NCBI GenBank assembly: GCA_963732315.1
Contig: CAVSYY010000012.1
Span: 1,399-65,398 of the forward strand
Length of the DNA: 64,000 bases
Reading direction: 5' to 3'
Source: an uncultured Acidobacteriota bacterium
GTDB taxonomy: Bacteria; Acidobacteriota; Terriglobia; Terriglobales; Acidobacteriaceae
Made by a program: the position numbers and the translations under genes. Under the pieces are notes generated by a model. That model was not told the origin of the DNA and did no database searches. It saw nothing but the letters and a program-made list of their open reading frames with translations. Positions 1 through 9,833 of this stretch are shown here, piece after piece; position 1 is the stretch's first letter, and the number at the start of each line of letters is the position of its first letter.

Positions 1-8
1 GCACCGGC

Positions 9-1274
9 TTGGCTTTCATGCTGCTGCCAGGGACCTTTCTCGGCGTTTGGAATCTGCTCTCCATCAGCAACAAGCACGCGGCTGCTTCGGTCTCCGCCTC
101 GTGGATTCAGGCGCACGGCCACGCTCAGGTCTTTGGATGGATCGGCACCTTCATTCTTGGTATCGGCTTCTACTCGATTCCGCGGGGTCGCAGCGCTCAG
201 CGATTCGGGCTGTGGGAAGCCTGGAGTTGCTGGCTGCTGTGGACCGTGGGCGTGACCGCAAGGTGGGCGGCCAGCGTTTACGAATGGCACTGGCGCGCCA
301 TCCTTCCTATCTCCGCTTTCCTTGAGCTGCTGGCATTTCTCATCTTCTTCCGCGCAGTGTCCACGCACAAGCCCCCGAGCTCGTCGCAAGAACGCCCCAA
401 GTTTGACACCTGGATTCTTGTGGTCATGGCCGGAACGGTGGGCTTGCTTGGAACTCTCGCTGCCAATCTTGGCGGTTGCATCTGGACAGCCATCCACGCT
501 GGCTCTCCCGCCTTTCCGCAAAGCTTCGATCAGCGCTACCTGGCGTTGATGGCGTGGGGCTTTATGGTGCCGTTCGTGTGGGGATTCAGCGCGCGCTGGC
601 TGCCCACCTTCCTGGGAATTCGCACTCCCTGCAATCGCGGACTCCTGATCGCGCTCGCACTCGACCTCGCAGGAGTAACGACTGCGTTGCTGGGTGCCTT
701 CCCCGCCGCAGTGGTTCTGCTGCTGGCTGCCGCCGTATTTTCAAACTTCGCCCTTCGGGTTCAGACCCGGTCGATTCAGCCGCCGAAGACGAGGGGCGTT
801 CATTCCGCCTTCCCGTACTTCATCCGCCTGGCTTACGCATGGCTGGTCGTTGCCGCCGTGTTGGGTGTGTGGGCAGCCTTCGCGGCGAACCCCGATGGCA
901 TCTGGGGCGCATCACGCCACGCCCTGACCGTCGGCTTCGTGTCTACCATGGTGTTCGCAATCGGCCAGCGGGTTTTGCCGGCGTTCAGTGGGATGCGATT
1001 GCTGTACAGCCCGCGCCTGATGGGCGCAAGCCTCGGCGTGCTCACCGCCGGATGCCTGCTGCGTGTCTCCTCCGAGGTGCTCGCCTACCAGGGCATTCTT
1101 CAAAGCGCCTGGAAAGTCCTGCCAATTTCGGCGCTCACCGAACTTGCGGCGGTCACGCTCTTCGCGGTGAACATGATCCTGACCTTCCGCTCCCAGCCGC
1201 CCTCCGCACAGTTGGTCCAGGTTGACCTGTGCGCCCTTCAAGCCGGTGCAGCCGGCAATGTCGTCCAGCTGTGA
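9..1274 (+). CDS. NnrS-family polytopic membrane protein (NO-stress associated); probably 5'-truncated by the window edge
   Basis: 421-aa ORF that is hydrophobic throughout. Conserved His-containing segments (WIQAHGHAQVFGW, SRHALTVGF...GQRVLPAFSG) are arranged as in NnrS. The ORF opens within the first bases of the window, so the true start may lie upstream. Confidence 0.6.
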   Translation: MAFMLLPGTFLGVWNLLSISNKHAAASVSASWIQAHGHAQVFGWIGTFILGIGFYSIPRGRSAQRFGLWEAWSCWLLWTVGVTARWAASVYEWHWRAILPISAFLELLAFLIFFRAVSTHKPPSSSQERPKFDTWILVVMAGTVGLLGTLAANLGGCIWTAIHAGSPAFPQSFDQRYLALMAWGFMVPFVWGFSARWLPTFLGIRTPCNRGLLIALALDLAGVTTALLGAFPAAVVLLLAAAVFSNFALRVQTRSIQPPKTRGVHSAFPYFIRLAYAWLVVAAVLGVWAAFAANPDGIWGASRHALTVGFVSTMVFAIGQRVLPAFSGMRLLYSPRLMGASLGVLTAGCLLRVSSEVLAYQGILQSAWKVLPISALTELAAVTLFAVNMILTFRSQPPSAQLVQVDLCALQAGAAGNVVQL

Positions 1275-1334
1275 CTTGAGTCGCTTCGGCGGCAACCGGA
1301 ATCTGCGAATCTGTAACAACAGTGAGGTGGCACC

Positions 1335-2507
1335 ATGCGGCAAAATGGGAATTCGGCAAGTCCGGCAGCTTACTTGAACATTGACTTCGACGAACGGCCG
1401 TTCCTGGTGATCTGGGAAACCACGCAGGCCTGCGACCTCGCCTGCCTCCATTGCCGGGCGTGCGCCCAGCCGGCGCGCAATCCTATGGAGTTATCGACGG
1501 AGGAGGCGAAGAGTTTGATCGACGAAATCGCAGCGCTCCAGGCTCCGCTCTTCGTTATGACCGGCGGCGATCCCTTGAAGCGGACCGACATCTATGAACT
1601 CGTCCGCTACGCGGCGGATCGCGAATTAAGACCTTCGATGACTCCCAGTGCTACTCCGCTGCTCACCCGCGAGGCCATTGTGAAGCTGAAGGAGAGCGGA
1701 CTTGCTCGTCTTGCCATCAGCCTCGATGGTCCCACCGCCGCTATTCACGATGGCTTCCGGCGCGTTGCGGGCTCCTTTGACTTCACCATCCAGGGCGCGC
1801 GCTGGGCACGCGAGATCGATCTTCCAGTACAGATCAACACCACGATCACGCGCCACAATCTAAAGTACCTCGACGCCATCATCGCGCTGTTAGAGGAACT
1901 CGATATCGCGCTGTGGAGTGTCTTTTTTCTGGTCCCAACTGGGCGCGGCGCGGATGTCGATTTGATTTCTGCGGATGAGTTCGAGCAGGTGTTTGCAAAG
2001 TTATATGAGACCTCCCGGCGGGTGAAATTCGACATCAAGAGCACGGAGGCCCAGCACTACCGGCGCTATCTGCTGCAGCGCCGCACCGAACTGCGGCGTG
2101 CTGGAGCGACCAAGCCATCCGATTTGCCTTCGGTACTCGGCACCGCCTCCGCTGACGGAATCGGACGTGCGCCCAAGGGAATCAATGACGGAAAAGGTTT
2201 CGCTTTCGTCTCCCACACCGGCGAAGTATTTCCCAGTGGATTTCTGCCAATCTCGGCCGGCAATGTACGGAGCGAATCGCTTACAAAGCTTTATCGCGAG
2301 AGTCCACTATTTCAGTCCCTGCGCGACGAGAGCAATCTGCTCGGCAAGTGCGGGCGTTGCGAGTATAAGCAGATCTGCGGAGGCTCACGCGCCAGAGCCT
2401 ACGCCTTGACAGATGACATTTTCGCTGAAGAGCCGTGTTGCAGTTATCAACCGCGCACGACACAAAACACCCAATCAGCCGAGGTCGCAGCTTCCATCTT
2501 CGGGTAG
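1335..2507 (+). CDS. Radical SAM / SPASM-domain enzyme (NirJ/AhbD/PqqE-like)
   Basis: CxxxCxxC cluster motif (QACDLACLHCRAC) near the N-terminus. Cys-rich SPASM-type C-terminus (GKCGRCEYKQICGGSRARAYA...EEPCCSY). 390 aa. Confidence 0.85.
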   Translation: MRQNGNSASPAAYLNIDFDERPFLVIWETTQACDLACLHCRACAQPARNPMELSTEEAKSLIDEIAALQAPLFVMTGGDPLKRTDIYELVRYAADRELRPSMTPSATPLLTREAIVKLKESGLARLAISLDGPTAAIHDGFRRVAGSFDFTIQGARWAREIDLPVQINTTITRHNLKYLDAIIALLEELDIALWSVFFLVPTGRGADVDLISADEFEQVFAKLYETSRRVKFDIKSTEAQHYRRYLLQRRTELRRAGATKPSDLPSVLGTASADGIGRAPKGINDGKGFAFVSHTGEVFPSGFLPISAGNVRSESLTKLYRESPLFQSLRDESNLLGKCGRCEYKQICGGSRARAYALTDDIFAEEPCCSYQPRTTQNTQSAEVAASIFG

Positions 2508-2587
2508 TCCGATTGCATCCGATACAGAAGCGTTTTATTACTTGTCGACAATCTGCTTTGCATAGCCGCACCAGGGAGAAACCCACA

Positions 2588-4345
2588 ATGAGCGAACCCC
2601 CCGCATCCGCCGCCAGCCAAACGCCCCGCCTGACCGGCGCTGAGATCGTCTGGGCTACCCTCGAGGGCGAGGGTGTTCGAGAGGTATTCGGCTATCCCGG
2701 CGGAGCCATCCTGCCCGTCTACGATGCCCTGCGCAAATACCCGATCCGCCATATCCTGGTGCGACACGAGCAATGCGCTGCCCATGCGGCAGACGGATAC
2801 GCGCGCGCCTCCGGCAAGGTGGGCGTAGCGATTGCGACCTCCGGCCCGGCCGCGACCAACCTGGTCACCGGCATCGCCACCGCTATGTCGGACTCGGTGC
2901 CAATGGTCTGCATCACCGGCCAGGTCTCCTCCAAACTGCTGGGCAGCGATGCCTTCCAGGAAGTCGACATCACCGGGATTACGCTGCCCATCACCAAGCA
3001 CAACTACAGCGTGACACGCACGGAGGAGATTGCCCCGGCGCTACGCGAGGCTTTCCTGATCGCACGTTCCGGACGCCCCGGCCCCGTTCTTGTGGACATC
3101 ACCAAGGACGCGCAGCAGGGCCTGGCCGATTTCGATTTCGATGCCGCAGCCCCGTCGCCTCACCGCCCCCACCCGATGCTTTCGGCCGAGCAGGATGCTA
3201 TCAGCCAAGCCGTCGAGCTGATTCTCTCGGCCAAACGGCCGATCATCCTGGCCGGGCACGGCATTCTGGAAGCAGGCGCGATGGACCAGGTGCGGACCCT
3301 GGCCGAGCGCCTGCAGATTCCGGTGGCCTCGACACTGCTGGGCCTGGGCGCCTTCCCTGCCTCGCATGAGCTCTCGCTAGGCATGATGGGCATGCATGGC
3401 GAAGCCTGGGTGAACAAGGCCATTCAGAAGTCCGACCTGGTCATCGCCTGCGGCATGCGATTTAGCGACAGGGTTACCGGTGTGCTGACGCGCTATGCGC
3501 CCAATGCCAAGAAGATCCACATCGAGATTGACCCGTCTGAGATCAACAAGAACGTGATGGTCGACGTGGCGCTGATCGGCGATCTGCGCGAGATTCTGGA
3601 AACCATCCTGCCGCGAATTGCGCCGCGCAAGGACAACAGCTGGCTGCACTCGGTGAACGTGATGAAGGGCGATGCTGCGGTGCGCGACATCAAGAACCTT
3701 CCGGATCTGGGCCATCTCTACGCCGCACACGTGATTCATGACCTGTGGCGCGCTACCGAAGGCAAGGCCTTGGTGGTCACCGACGTGGGACAGCACCAGA
3801 TGTGGGAGGCGCAGTACTACAAGCATGATTCGCCGCGCAGCCTGCTCACCTCGGGCGGACTGGGAACCATGGGATTTGCCCTGCCGGCGGCGATCGGCGC
3901 CAAGATCGCCTGCCCGGAAAAAGAAGTCTGGGTAATCGCCGGCGACGGCGGATTCCAGATGACCGCCGCCGAACTCTCCACCATTGCCCAGGAAAATCTG
4001 AACATCAACATCGCGGTGATCAACAATGGCTTCCTCGGCATGGTGCGGCAGTGGCAGGAGTTCATGTACGCGCGCAATTACGCCTGCGTGTCGATTCTTT
4101 CCCCTGACTTTGTGAAGCTGGCCGATGCCCACGGCATCCCCGGCGCCACCGTCCGCAGCCGCGCGGAGGTGCTTTCCGCGGTGGAGGAGGCGCGGCGCAC
4201 AAACGGCCCGTTCTTAATTAACTTCCATGTCGAAAAAGAGGACGCCGTTTACCCGATGGTCGGCCCTGGCTCGGCTCTCGACGAGATGATCCGCCGCCCC
4301 TCGAGCGAACCCATTCCGCTGATCGAGACATCGGAAGAGCCCTGA
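2588..4345 (+). CDS. ilvB: Acetolactate synthase (biosynthetic type) large subunit, ThDP-dependent
   Basis: Canonical motifs: GYPGGAILPVYDAL, GSDAFQEVDITGITLPITKHNY, GLGTMGFALPAAIGAK, IAGDGGFQM. The ORF track starts at 2435, but homology begins at the ATG at 2588 (MSEPPAS...). No ilvN or ilvC follows. Confidence 0.9.
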   Translation: MSEPPASAASQTPRLTGAEIVWATLEGEGVREVFGYPGGAILPVYDALRKYPIRHILVRHEQCAAHAADGYARASGKVGVAIATSGPAATNLVTGIATAMSDSVPMVCITGQVSSKLLGSDAFQEVDITGITLPITKHNYSVTRTEEIAPALREAFLIARSGRPGPVLVDITKDAQQGLADFDFDAAAPSPHRPHPMLSAEQDAISQAVELILSAKRPIILAGHGILEAGAMDQVRTLAERLQIPVASTLLGLGAFPASHELSLGMMGMHGEAWVNKAIQKSDLVIACGMRFSDRVTGVLTRYAPNAKKIHIEIDPSEINKNVMVDVALIGDLREILETILPRIAPRKDNSWLHSVNVMKGDAAVRDIKNLPDLGHLYAAHVIHDLWRATEGKALVVTDVGQHQMWEAQYYKHDSPRSLLTSGGLGTMGFALPAAIGAKIACPEKEVWVIAGDGGFQMTAAELSTIAQENLNINIAVINNGFLGMVRQWQEFMYARNYACVSILSPDFVKLADAHGIPGATVRSRAEVLSAVEEARRTNGPFLINFHVEKEDAVYPMVGPGSALDEMIRRPSSEPIPLIETSEEP

Positions 4346-4564
4346 ACTTCTGGATAGCCTTGGACCTCCGCGGTCGCTGACACACTGAGTTGTTAACTCA
4401 CTAACTTGCAAAAAGGTCAGGATGGGACAGACCCAGACCTGCAGCCGCGAATCGTTATATCGTGATACGATACAAGAAGAGTATCGCTGAGTTTCGCGTT
4501 CATTTCAATCGCACTCGCCCGGACGTGGGGAAGCGGGCCTGTGACTCAGGAGGAGAAGAAGACA

Positions 4565-6862
4565 ATGAAATTCAGAAAGCTTTGGATCGCCCTTGGACTC
4601 GTGATGGTCGTGTCTTTCGCTGTGCTCGGTGGCGTGGGCTATAAGGCCATTAGTAATGCTCCTCCGATTCCAGCCCAGGTAGTCTCCAGCGACGGAAGCG
4701 TGCTGTTTGACGCCAACGCGATTCAGACGGGGCAGAACGTGTGGCAGTCGATCGGAGGTCAGGAAGTCGGCACGGTTTGGGGGCATGGCGCCTACGTAGC
4801 TCCGGATTGGAGTGCCGATTACCTGCATCGTGAGTGCGTCATCATTCTGGACCGCTGGGCACAGCAGGAAGGCAGCAGCAACTATGCTGCGCTGAACGTG
4901 GAACGCCGCGCCGCACTGCAAGGCCGATTGCAAGCGATGATGCGCCGCAACACCTACGACCCTGCCACCGGGCAGATTACCGTCGATCCAGTGCGTGCCG
5001 ACGCCTTCCGCGAGCTCTCGGCTTACTACTACGACGTATTCCACAGCGGCCGTGATGCTTACGCGATTCCTCCGAACGCAGTGGATGATCTTGGGCGAAG
5101 CCGGCAGATGACTGCATTTTTCTGGTGGACGTCGTGGGCTGCGAGTACCGATCGCCCTGGCGGGGATATTACATACACCCAGAATTGGCCGCATGAAGAA
5201 CTCATCGGCAATCGTCCAACCGCCGCAACCATCGTCTGGAGCGTAATTAGTTTCGTTCTGCTGTTGGCCGGTGTCGGAGGGATGGTGTGGTGGTACGCCT
5301 CACAAAACGTCAGTTCCTCGGAACACGCCCTGGCGATGCCAGCGACCGATCCACTGCTGGGACTGAGCCCGACGCCGTCGCAAAAGGCTACGGTGAAGTA
5401 CTTCTTCGTGGTGGCGGCACTCTGGGTGGTGCAGGTGGTGCTCGGTGCCATCACTGCCCATTACGGAGTCGAAGGCAACGGATTCTATGGCTTTCCTTTA
5501 TCGAAGTGGCTTCCCTATGCGGTCACGCGCACCTGGCACTTGCAGATCGGTATCTTCTGGATCGCAACCTCCTGGCTGGCAACAGGCCTCTACATCGCTC
5601 CGGCGGTAAGTGAGAGCGAACCGAAGGGGCAAAGGCTCGGGGTCAACGTTCTTTTTGTTGCCCTGATAGCGGTCGTCGTCGGGTCGCTCGCGGGTGAGTG
5701 GGCGAGCATCGAACACAAGATCGGCAACCTCAATCTCTCCTGGTGGTTTGGAACTCAGGGCTACGAATATGTGGACCTGGGCCGCTTCTGGGCGATCCTG
5801 CTCTTCGGCGGTCTCTGCTTCTGGTTGTGGCTGATGTATCGCGGGCTGGCGCCGGCATTGCGAAAGCGTGACGAGAGCCGCCAATTGCTAATGTTGTTTC
5901 TGGTTTCGTCCATCGCCATCCCGTTGTTTTATGCGGCCGGATTGATGTACGGGCACCGCAGTAATCTGGTCACCGCCGAATACTGGCGCTGGTGGGTGGT
6001 TCACCTCTGGGTAGAAGGCTTCTTTGAAGTGTTCGCGACCGTGGTCATCGCGTTTCTCTTCACCCGCCTGAAACTTCTGTCGATGAGAACGGCGACTTCC
6101 TCGGTGCTGTTCTCGACGGTGATTTTCCTCTCGGGAGGCATCCTGGGAACTTTCCATCACCTGTATTTCACCGGGATGCCTACCTCTGTGCTGGCACTGG
6201 GAGCGGCATTCAGCGCGATGGAGGTGGTGCCTCTGGTGCTGGTAGGATTTGAGGCCTGGGAGAACATTCGTTTGGCTCGCGGCAGCGAGAGCGCGCCCTG
6301 GGTGACCGCCTATAAGTGGCCCATTTATTTCTTCGTCGCCGTGGCCTTTTGGAATTTCGTGGGCGCCGGCCTGTTCGGTTTCTTCATCAACCCTCCTGTG
6401 GCCCTTTACTACATGCAGGGTCTGAACACGACCGCCGTGCACGCCCATACGGCGCTGTTCGGAGTGTACGGCATGCTCGGCCTTGGCCTCATGCTCTTCT
6501 GCCTGCGTGCTCTGCGGCCGGGACGCGCCTGGAAGGGCAAGCCGATTGCTCTTGCTTTCTGGTGCATCAACATCGGTCTGCTGACGATGGTTCTGATCAG
6601 TTTGCTTCCCGTGGGACTGATGCAGGCCTGGGCATCGGTTGAGTACGGTACCTGGTACGCCCGCTCATCAGAGTTTCTTCAGACGCCTATGATGAACACG
6701 TTGCGCTGGCTTCGTGTCATCGGCGACACCATCTTCGCCTTCGGCACCCTGGTGCTGGGATGGTTTGTGCTCGGCCTGGTTACCGGGCACTCCTATGCCG
6801 AACATGGATACGTACGCGAAGGTGAATGGAAGGTCGAGGAGGAGCCCGTTGGAAAGCGTTGA
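4565..6862 (+). CDS. norB: Quinol-dependent nitric oxide reductase (qNOR, single-subunit NorB/NorZ type)
   Basis: About 765 aa haem-copper-oxidase-like polytopic protein with the long N-terminal extension typical of qNOR. The ATG at 4565 (MKFRKLWIALGLV) is preceded by AGGAGG. An alternative ATG lies at 4541. Confidence 0.9.
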   Translation: MKFRKLWIALGLVMVVSFAVLGGVGYKAISNAPPIPAQVVSSDGSVLFDANAIQTGQNVWQSIGGQEVGTVWGHGAYVAPDWSADYLHRECVIILDRWAQQEGSSNYAALNVERRAALQGRLQAMMRRNTYDPATGQITVDPVRADAFRELSAYYYDVFHSGRDAYAIPPNAVDDLGRSRQMTAFFWWTSWAASTDRPGGDITYTQNWPHEELIGNRPTAATIVWSVISFVLLLAGVGGMVWWYASQNVSSSEHALAMPATDPLLGLSPTPSQKATVKYFFVVAALWVVQVVLGAITAHYGVEGNGFYGFPLSKWLPYAVTRTWHLQIGIFWIATSWLATGLYIAPAVSESEPKGQRLGVNVLFVALIAVVVGSLAGEWASIEHKIGNLNLSWWFGTQGYEYVDLGRFWAILLFGGLCFWLWLMYRGLAPALRKRDESRQLLMLFLVSSIAIPLFYAAGLMYGHRSNLVTAEYWRWWVVHLWVEGFFEVFATVVIAFLFTRLKLLSMRTATSSVLFSTVIFLSGGILGTFHHLYFTGMPTSVLALGAAFSAMEVVPLVLVGFEAWENIRLARGSESAPWVTAYKWPIYFFVAVAFWNFVGAGLFGFFINPPVALYYMQGLNTTAVHAHTALFGVYGMLGLGLMLFCLRALRPGRAWKGKPIALAFWCINIGLLTMVLISLLPVGLMQAWASVEYGTWYARSSEFLQTPMMNTLRWLRVIGDTIFAFGTLVLGWFVLGLVTGHSYAEHGYVREGEWKVEEEPVGKR

Positions 6863-6915
6863 ACAAAACGGATAAACACTTTCGAGGCGAGAAGCTTGGA
6901 ACGAGGACGACAACG

Positions 6916-7476
6916 ATGACCAATCCGAAACCGACCGAAGTACTCGAGCGCGAGCATCATTACATCCAGCAGGTGGTCGCGTCTTTGTTGCTTTTCGCGG
7001 AAGATTTGGAGAAGGGAGAAGCTGTGTCGGCAGAGACCTTGGCCGACACATTGGAGTTCCTCAGCACCTTCGCTGATCGCTGCCATCACGGCAAGGAGGA
7101 GGCGTGTCTGTTTCCTCTCCTCGAACAGAAAGGCGTGCCGCCTCAGGGCTGTCCACTTGGTGTTTTGAAGAAAGAACATGTCGCCGGCCGGAGCCTGGTT
7201 GCGCAGTTTGCAACCGTCTCCGCCAGTTACACAAAGGACGGCAGCGAGAAGGAGCTGTTGCGAACTACACTGCTCAGCCTGGCCGAACTCTACGGCGGTC
7301 ACATGTGGAAAGAAGACTACCTCCTGTTTCCGATGGCGAACAAGATTCTATCCGCCGAGGAACAAGACCAGCTAACCAAGCAGTTCAACGAGGTCGAGTC
7401 CAGCATCGGGCCCGATGTTCAACGACGCTTTGAGGAGCTTGCGGGAAAACTCCAGCGCCGTGCTTTCCACGAATAG
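6916..7476 (+). CDS. Hemerythrin (HHE cation-binding) domain protein
   Basis: His/Glu ligand pattern EREHHYI, DRCHHGKEE, KKEHVAG, HMWKEDYLLFP. Internal ATG at 6916 with a GAGGA upstream. Lies immediately downstream of qNOR. Confidence 0.75.
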   Translation: MTNPKPTEVLEREHHYIQQVVASLLLFAEDLEKGEAVSAETLADTLEFLSTFADRCHHGKEEACLFPLLEQKGVPPQGCPLGVLKKEHVAGRSLVAQFATVSASYTKDGSEKELLRTTLLSLAELYGGHMWKEDYLLFPMANKILSAEEQDQLTKQFNEVESSIGPDVQRRFEELAGKLQRRAFHE

Positions 7477-7612
7477 TTCACGAGCGATATGAGGAAAGAA
7501 AAAACCGGAAGCGCCGTGATCATGTCGACCAGTTCTATCGCTAAATCGGCAGGCGGTAGGCAACTCATGGGCGGGTGCGCGCATTGGAAAGGGTTTAGGG
7601 GGAGAAGCAATC

Positions 7613-8194
7613 ATGCCGATGAATTACGAGCACATTGCGATTCCGGATTCGGATATTCCGTGCGCATCCCAGCCGGTGTTTCAGCACATGCTGAACACCT
7701 ACGCCAGCGAGACCAATAAGGTGATTTCAGTATGGCGCTGCTTTGATCTGCCGGACCTGGCATTTCGTCCGCATCCGCGATCCCCAACCGTACTCGACAT
7801 CATGAAGCATCAACTGCTGTCGGAACGCCGTTTCTTCGGCGAGTTCCTGGCGGCGCCGGAACCGCCGGCGTCGGAGGTTTTGCCGGCCGGCCAAACGCCG
7901 CAGGATTTCTGGATGCGAATGCGGGAGTTGGCACATCCGCGCATGGCATTCCTCGCCGTGCAGAGCGAGGTGTGGTGGCTTGAGGAGGTTCCGTTTTTCG
8001 ATGTTGCCCGCCAGCGGATCTGGATATTCTGGCGGCGTCTTCTACACACCTGCCATCACCGCACTCAGCTCACCGTGTATCTGCGGCTGCTGAATAAGGA
8101 GGTTCCCTCGACCTATGGACCGACCGCCGACGTTAGTTGGACAGGTGCCGATCCAACGCAGACGGTCGAGGCTGCGGGCCGCAAAACGGCCTGA
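7613..8194 (+). CDS. DinB-family (four-helix bundle, metal-binding) protein
   Basis: 193 aa. His-containing DinB-like segments (MKHQLLSERRFF, HTCHHRTQLTVYLRLL). Confidence 0.6.
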   Translation: MPMNYEHIAIPDSDIPCASQPVFQHMLNTYASETNKVISVWRCFDLPDLAFRPHPRSPTVLDIMKHQLLSERRFFGEFLAAPEPPASEVLPAGQTPQDFWMRMRELAHPRMAFLAVQSEVWWLEEVPFFDVARQRIWIFWRRLLHTCHHRTQLTVYLRLLNKEVPSTYGPTADVSWTGADPTQTVEAAGRKTA

Positions 8195-8313
8195 CGGATT
8201 CAGCACGCCCTGCGCGACTCGGCCGGCGCCGGCACCAATCAACAGCGCTACTGAAGCTAGCAGCCAGACGCCGCGATCCACCATGAAGTCGCGCAATGTG
8301 GACGGTCGTGACC

Positions 8314-8766
8314 TCATCGTGTGCTGCCATCGGCATCGCCGAGTGCATAGGCGCGGATGCGCTCCAGGGCTTCTGCCAGCCGCGGTGCCATCTGCAACTC
8401 CCGCGCATGGTCGGCTGAAAGTCGGGCTAGCAGGCGTTCGCCCTTGCGCGTCGTTCGCAGCAATACTCTCCGCTGATCGTCCACGTCCACGGTGCGCACC
8501 AGCAGCCCTTCACCTACCGCCCGATCGACCAGTTCGACCACGCTGTTATGCCGCAGCCCCAGCCGCTCTGCAGCATAGGCAATCGTGACCGCCGCATCAT
8601 CAGGCGCGGCCGCCACCTGCAGCAGGAGTTGGTGCTGCTGTGGATGCAGTCCTGCGGCCACCGCAGCTTTTTCGCTGAACTGCAAAAACCGTCGCAACTC
8701 AAAGCGAAAGTCCGCCAAACTCGTGAGCAGCAAGCTAGGGCGAATTGCCGATGGTCGAGAAATCAT
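8314..8766 (-). CDS. MarR-family transcriptional regulator
   Basis: Winged-helix region (LHPQQHQLLLQV...IAYAAERLGLRHNSVVELVDRAVGEGLLVRTVDVDDQRRVLLRTTRKGERLL). Divergent from the NUDIX gene. Confidence 0.85.
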   Translation of the reverse strand: MISRPSAIRPSLLLTSLADFRFELRRFLQFSEKAAVAAGLHPQQHQLLLQVAAAPDDAAVTIAYAAERLGLRHNSVVELVDRAVGEGLLVRTVDVDDQRRVLLRTTRKGERLLARLSADHARELQMAPRLAEALERIRAYALGDADGSTR

Positions 8767-8935
8767 ACTTATATCGTCTCACGATGTACGAAACTCCACA
8801 ACGGATTGCGCTCTTGCCGAATTCGTAGTGGCCAAGCAGACGTGCTTGCATCAGATGGGAAGCAGGCGCGGCACCATGGGAAGCCGTCACGCTGTTCCGA
8901 AGCGAATCGCCGTGGCAGATCGAACGTGCCAATAT

Positions 8936-9748
8936 ATGGACATGGCAGAACCCAAAGCCGCGGTAGCGATCGTCCTTGCACACCATCCGCTGGAATCCGT
9001 TCTGCTCATCCGGCGCTCGGAGCGACAAGAAGATTCCTGGTCGGGACACTGGTCGTTTCCCGGTGGCCGGCGTGATCCTGACGACCCCGACCTTCTGCAT
9101 ACTGCCCTCCGCGAACTTGAAGAAGAGTGTGGAATCCGCCTCGTCCGAGAACGTAATGGAGTGCCATTGCCGCCGGTGCTGGCGCGGCGGAGGACGGGCC
9201 CATTCGTTTTGGTGGCGCCATTTGTGTTCGAAGTGGAGGGCGAGCTGCCCACGGTTTTGGATCCTCGCGAGGCGGTGGAAGCGGTTTGGGTTCCTTTGGA
9301 TGTGTGGCGAGACCCCAATCGTCACTACCTCAGAGCTGTACCAGGCCTGCCTGGTGATTGGCTGTTCCCGGCAATCGACCTGAACGAACTGCCGCTGTGG
9401 GGATTCACCTACCGGCTGGGAACGGATTGGCTGGGCCTGCTCCCTGGGCAGAGCCCGATCGAAGAGGCCGGGTATCGGGTGGCTTGCCGGTTGCTGGATT
9501 TCCTTCTCTGCCATGGACTGAAGCTCAGGAGCGGATGGGAGGATCGCATTGAGCAGCCGGCAATCGGTGAACCGCAGATTGCGAAGGTAGCCATGGTGGA
9601 AGGCGCGATTCCCGCTGCGTTGGTGGTCGCCCATTTTGCGATGCCAGGAGAGCTTTTCCCACGCATCAACCTCCTCGAAGTACGGCCGGACCATATTCGC
9701 GTGGTGGGACTGGAGTTTGAGGAGTATCTGATTTTGGTTTCCGGGTAG
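8936..9748 (+). CDS. NUDIX hydrolase with an uncharacterised ~120-aa C-terminal extension
   Basis: Nudix box GGRRDPDDPDLLHTALRELEEECGI. The long ORF (8585) overlaps the MarR gene. The ATG at 8936 (MDMAEPKAAVAIVL) fits the domain start. Confidence 0.75.
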   Translation: MDMAEPKAAVAIVLAHHPLESVLLIRRSERQEDSWSGHWSFPGGRRDPDDPDLLHTALRELEEECGIRLVRERNGVPLPPVLARRRTGPFVLVAPFVFEVEGELPTVLDPREAVEAVWVPLDVWRDPNRHYLRAVPGLPGDWLFPAIDLNELPLWGFTYRLGTDWLGLLPGQSPIEEAGYRVACRLLDFLLCHGLKLRSGWEDRIEQPAIGEPQIAKVAMVEGAIPAALVVAHFAMPGELFPRINLLEVRPDHIRVVGLEFEEYLILVSG

Positions 9749-9833
9749 GGTAGTTAGAGCCCCTAACGTTGGAGATGGCGCCGGCTGGTCTGTCTGCAAC
9801 GGATAAGTAGCGTTAAATTAGGAGCGGAGCGAA

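Noticed and set aside
2435-2587. 51-codon upstream extension of the ilvB ORF, overlapping the end of the radical SAM gene.
   Set aside because: ALS homology starts only after the ATG at 2588. The extension overlaps the preceding CDS and is basic junk.
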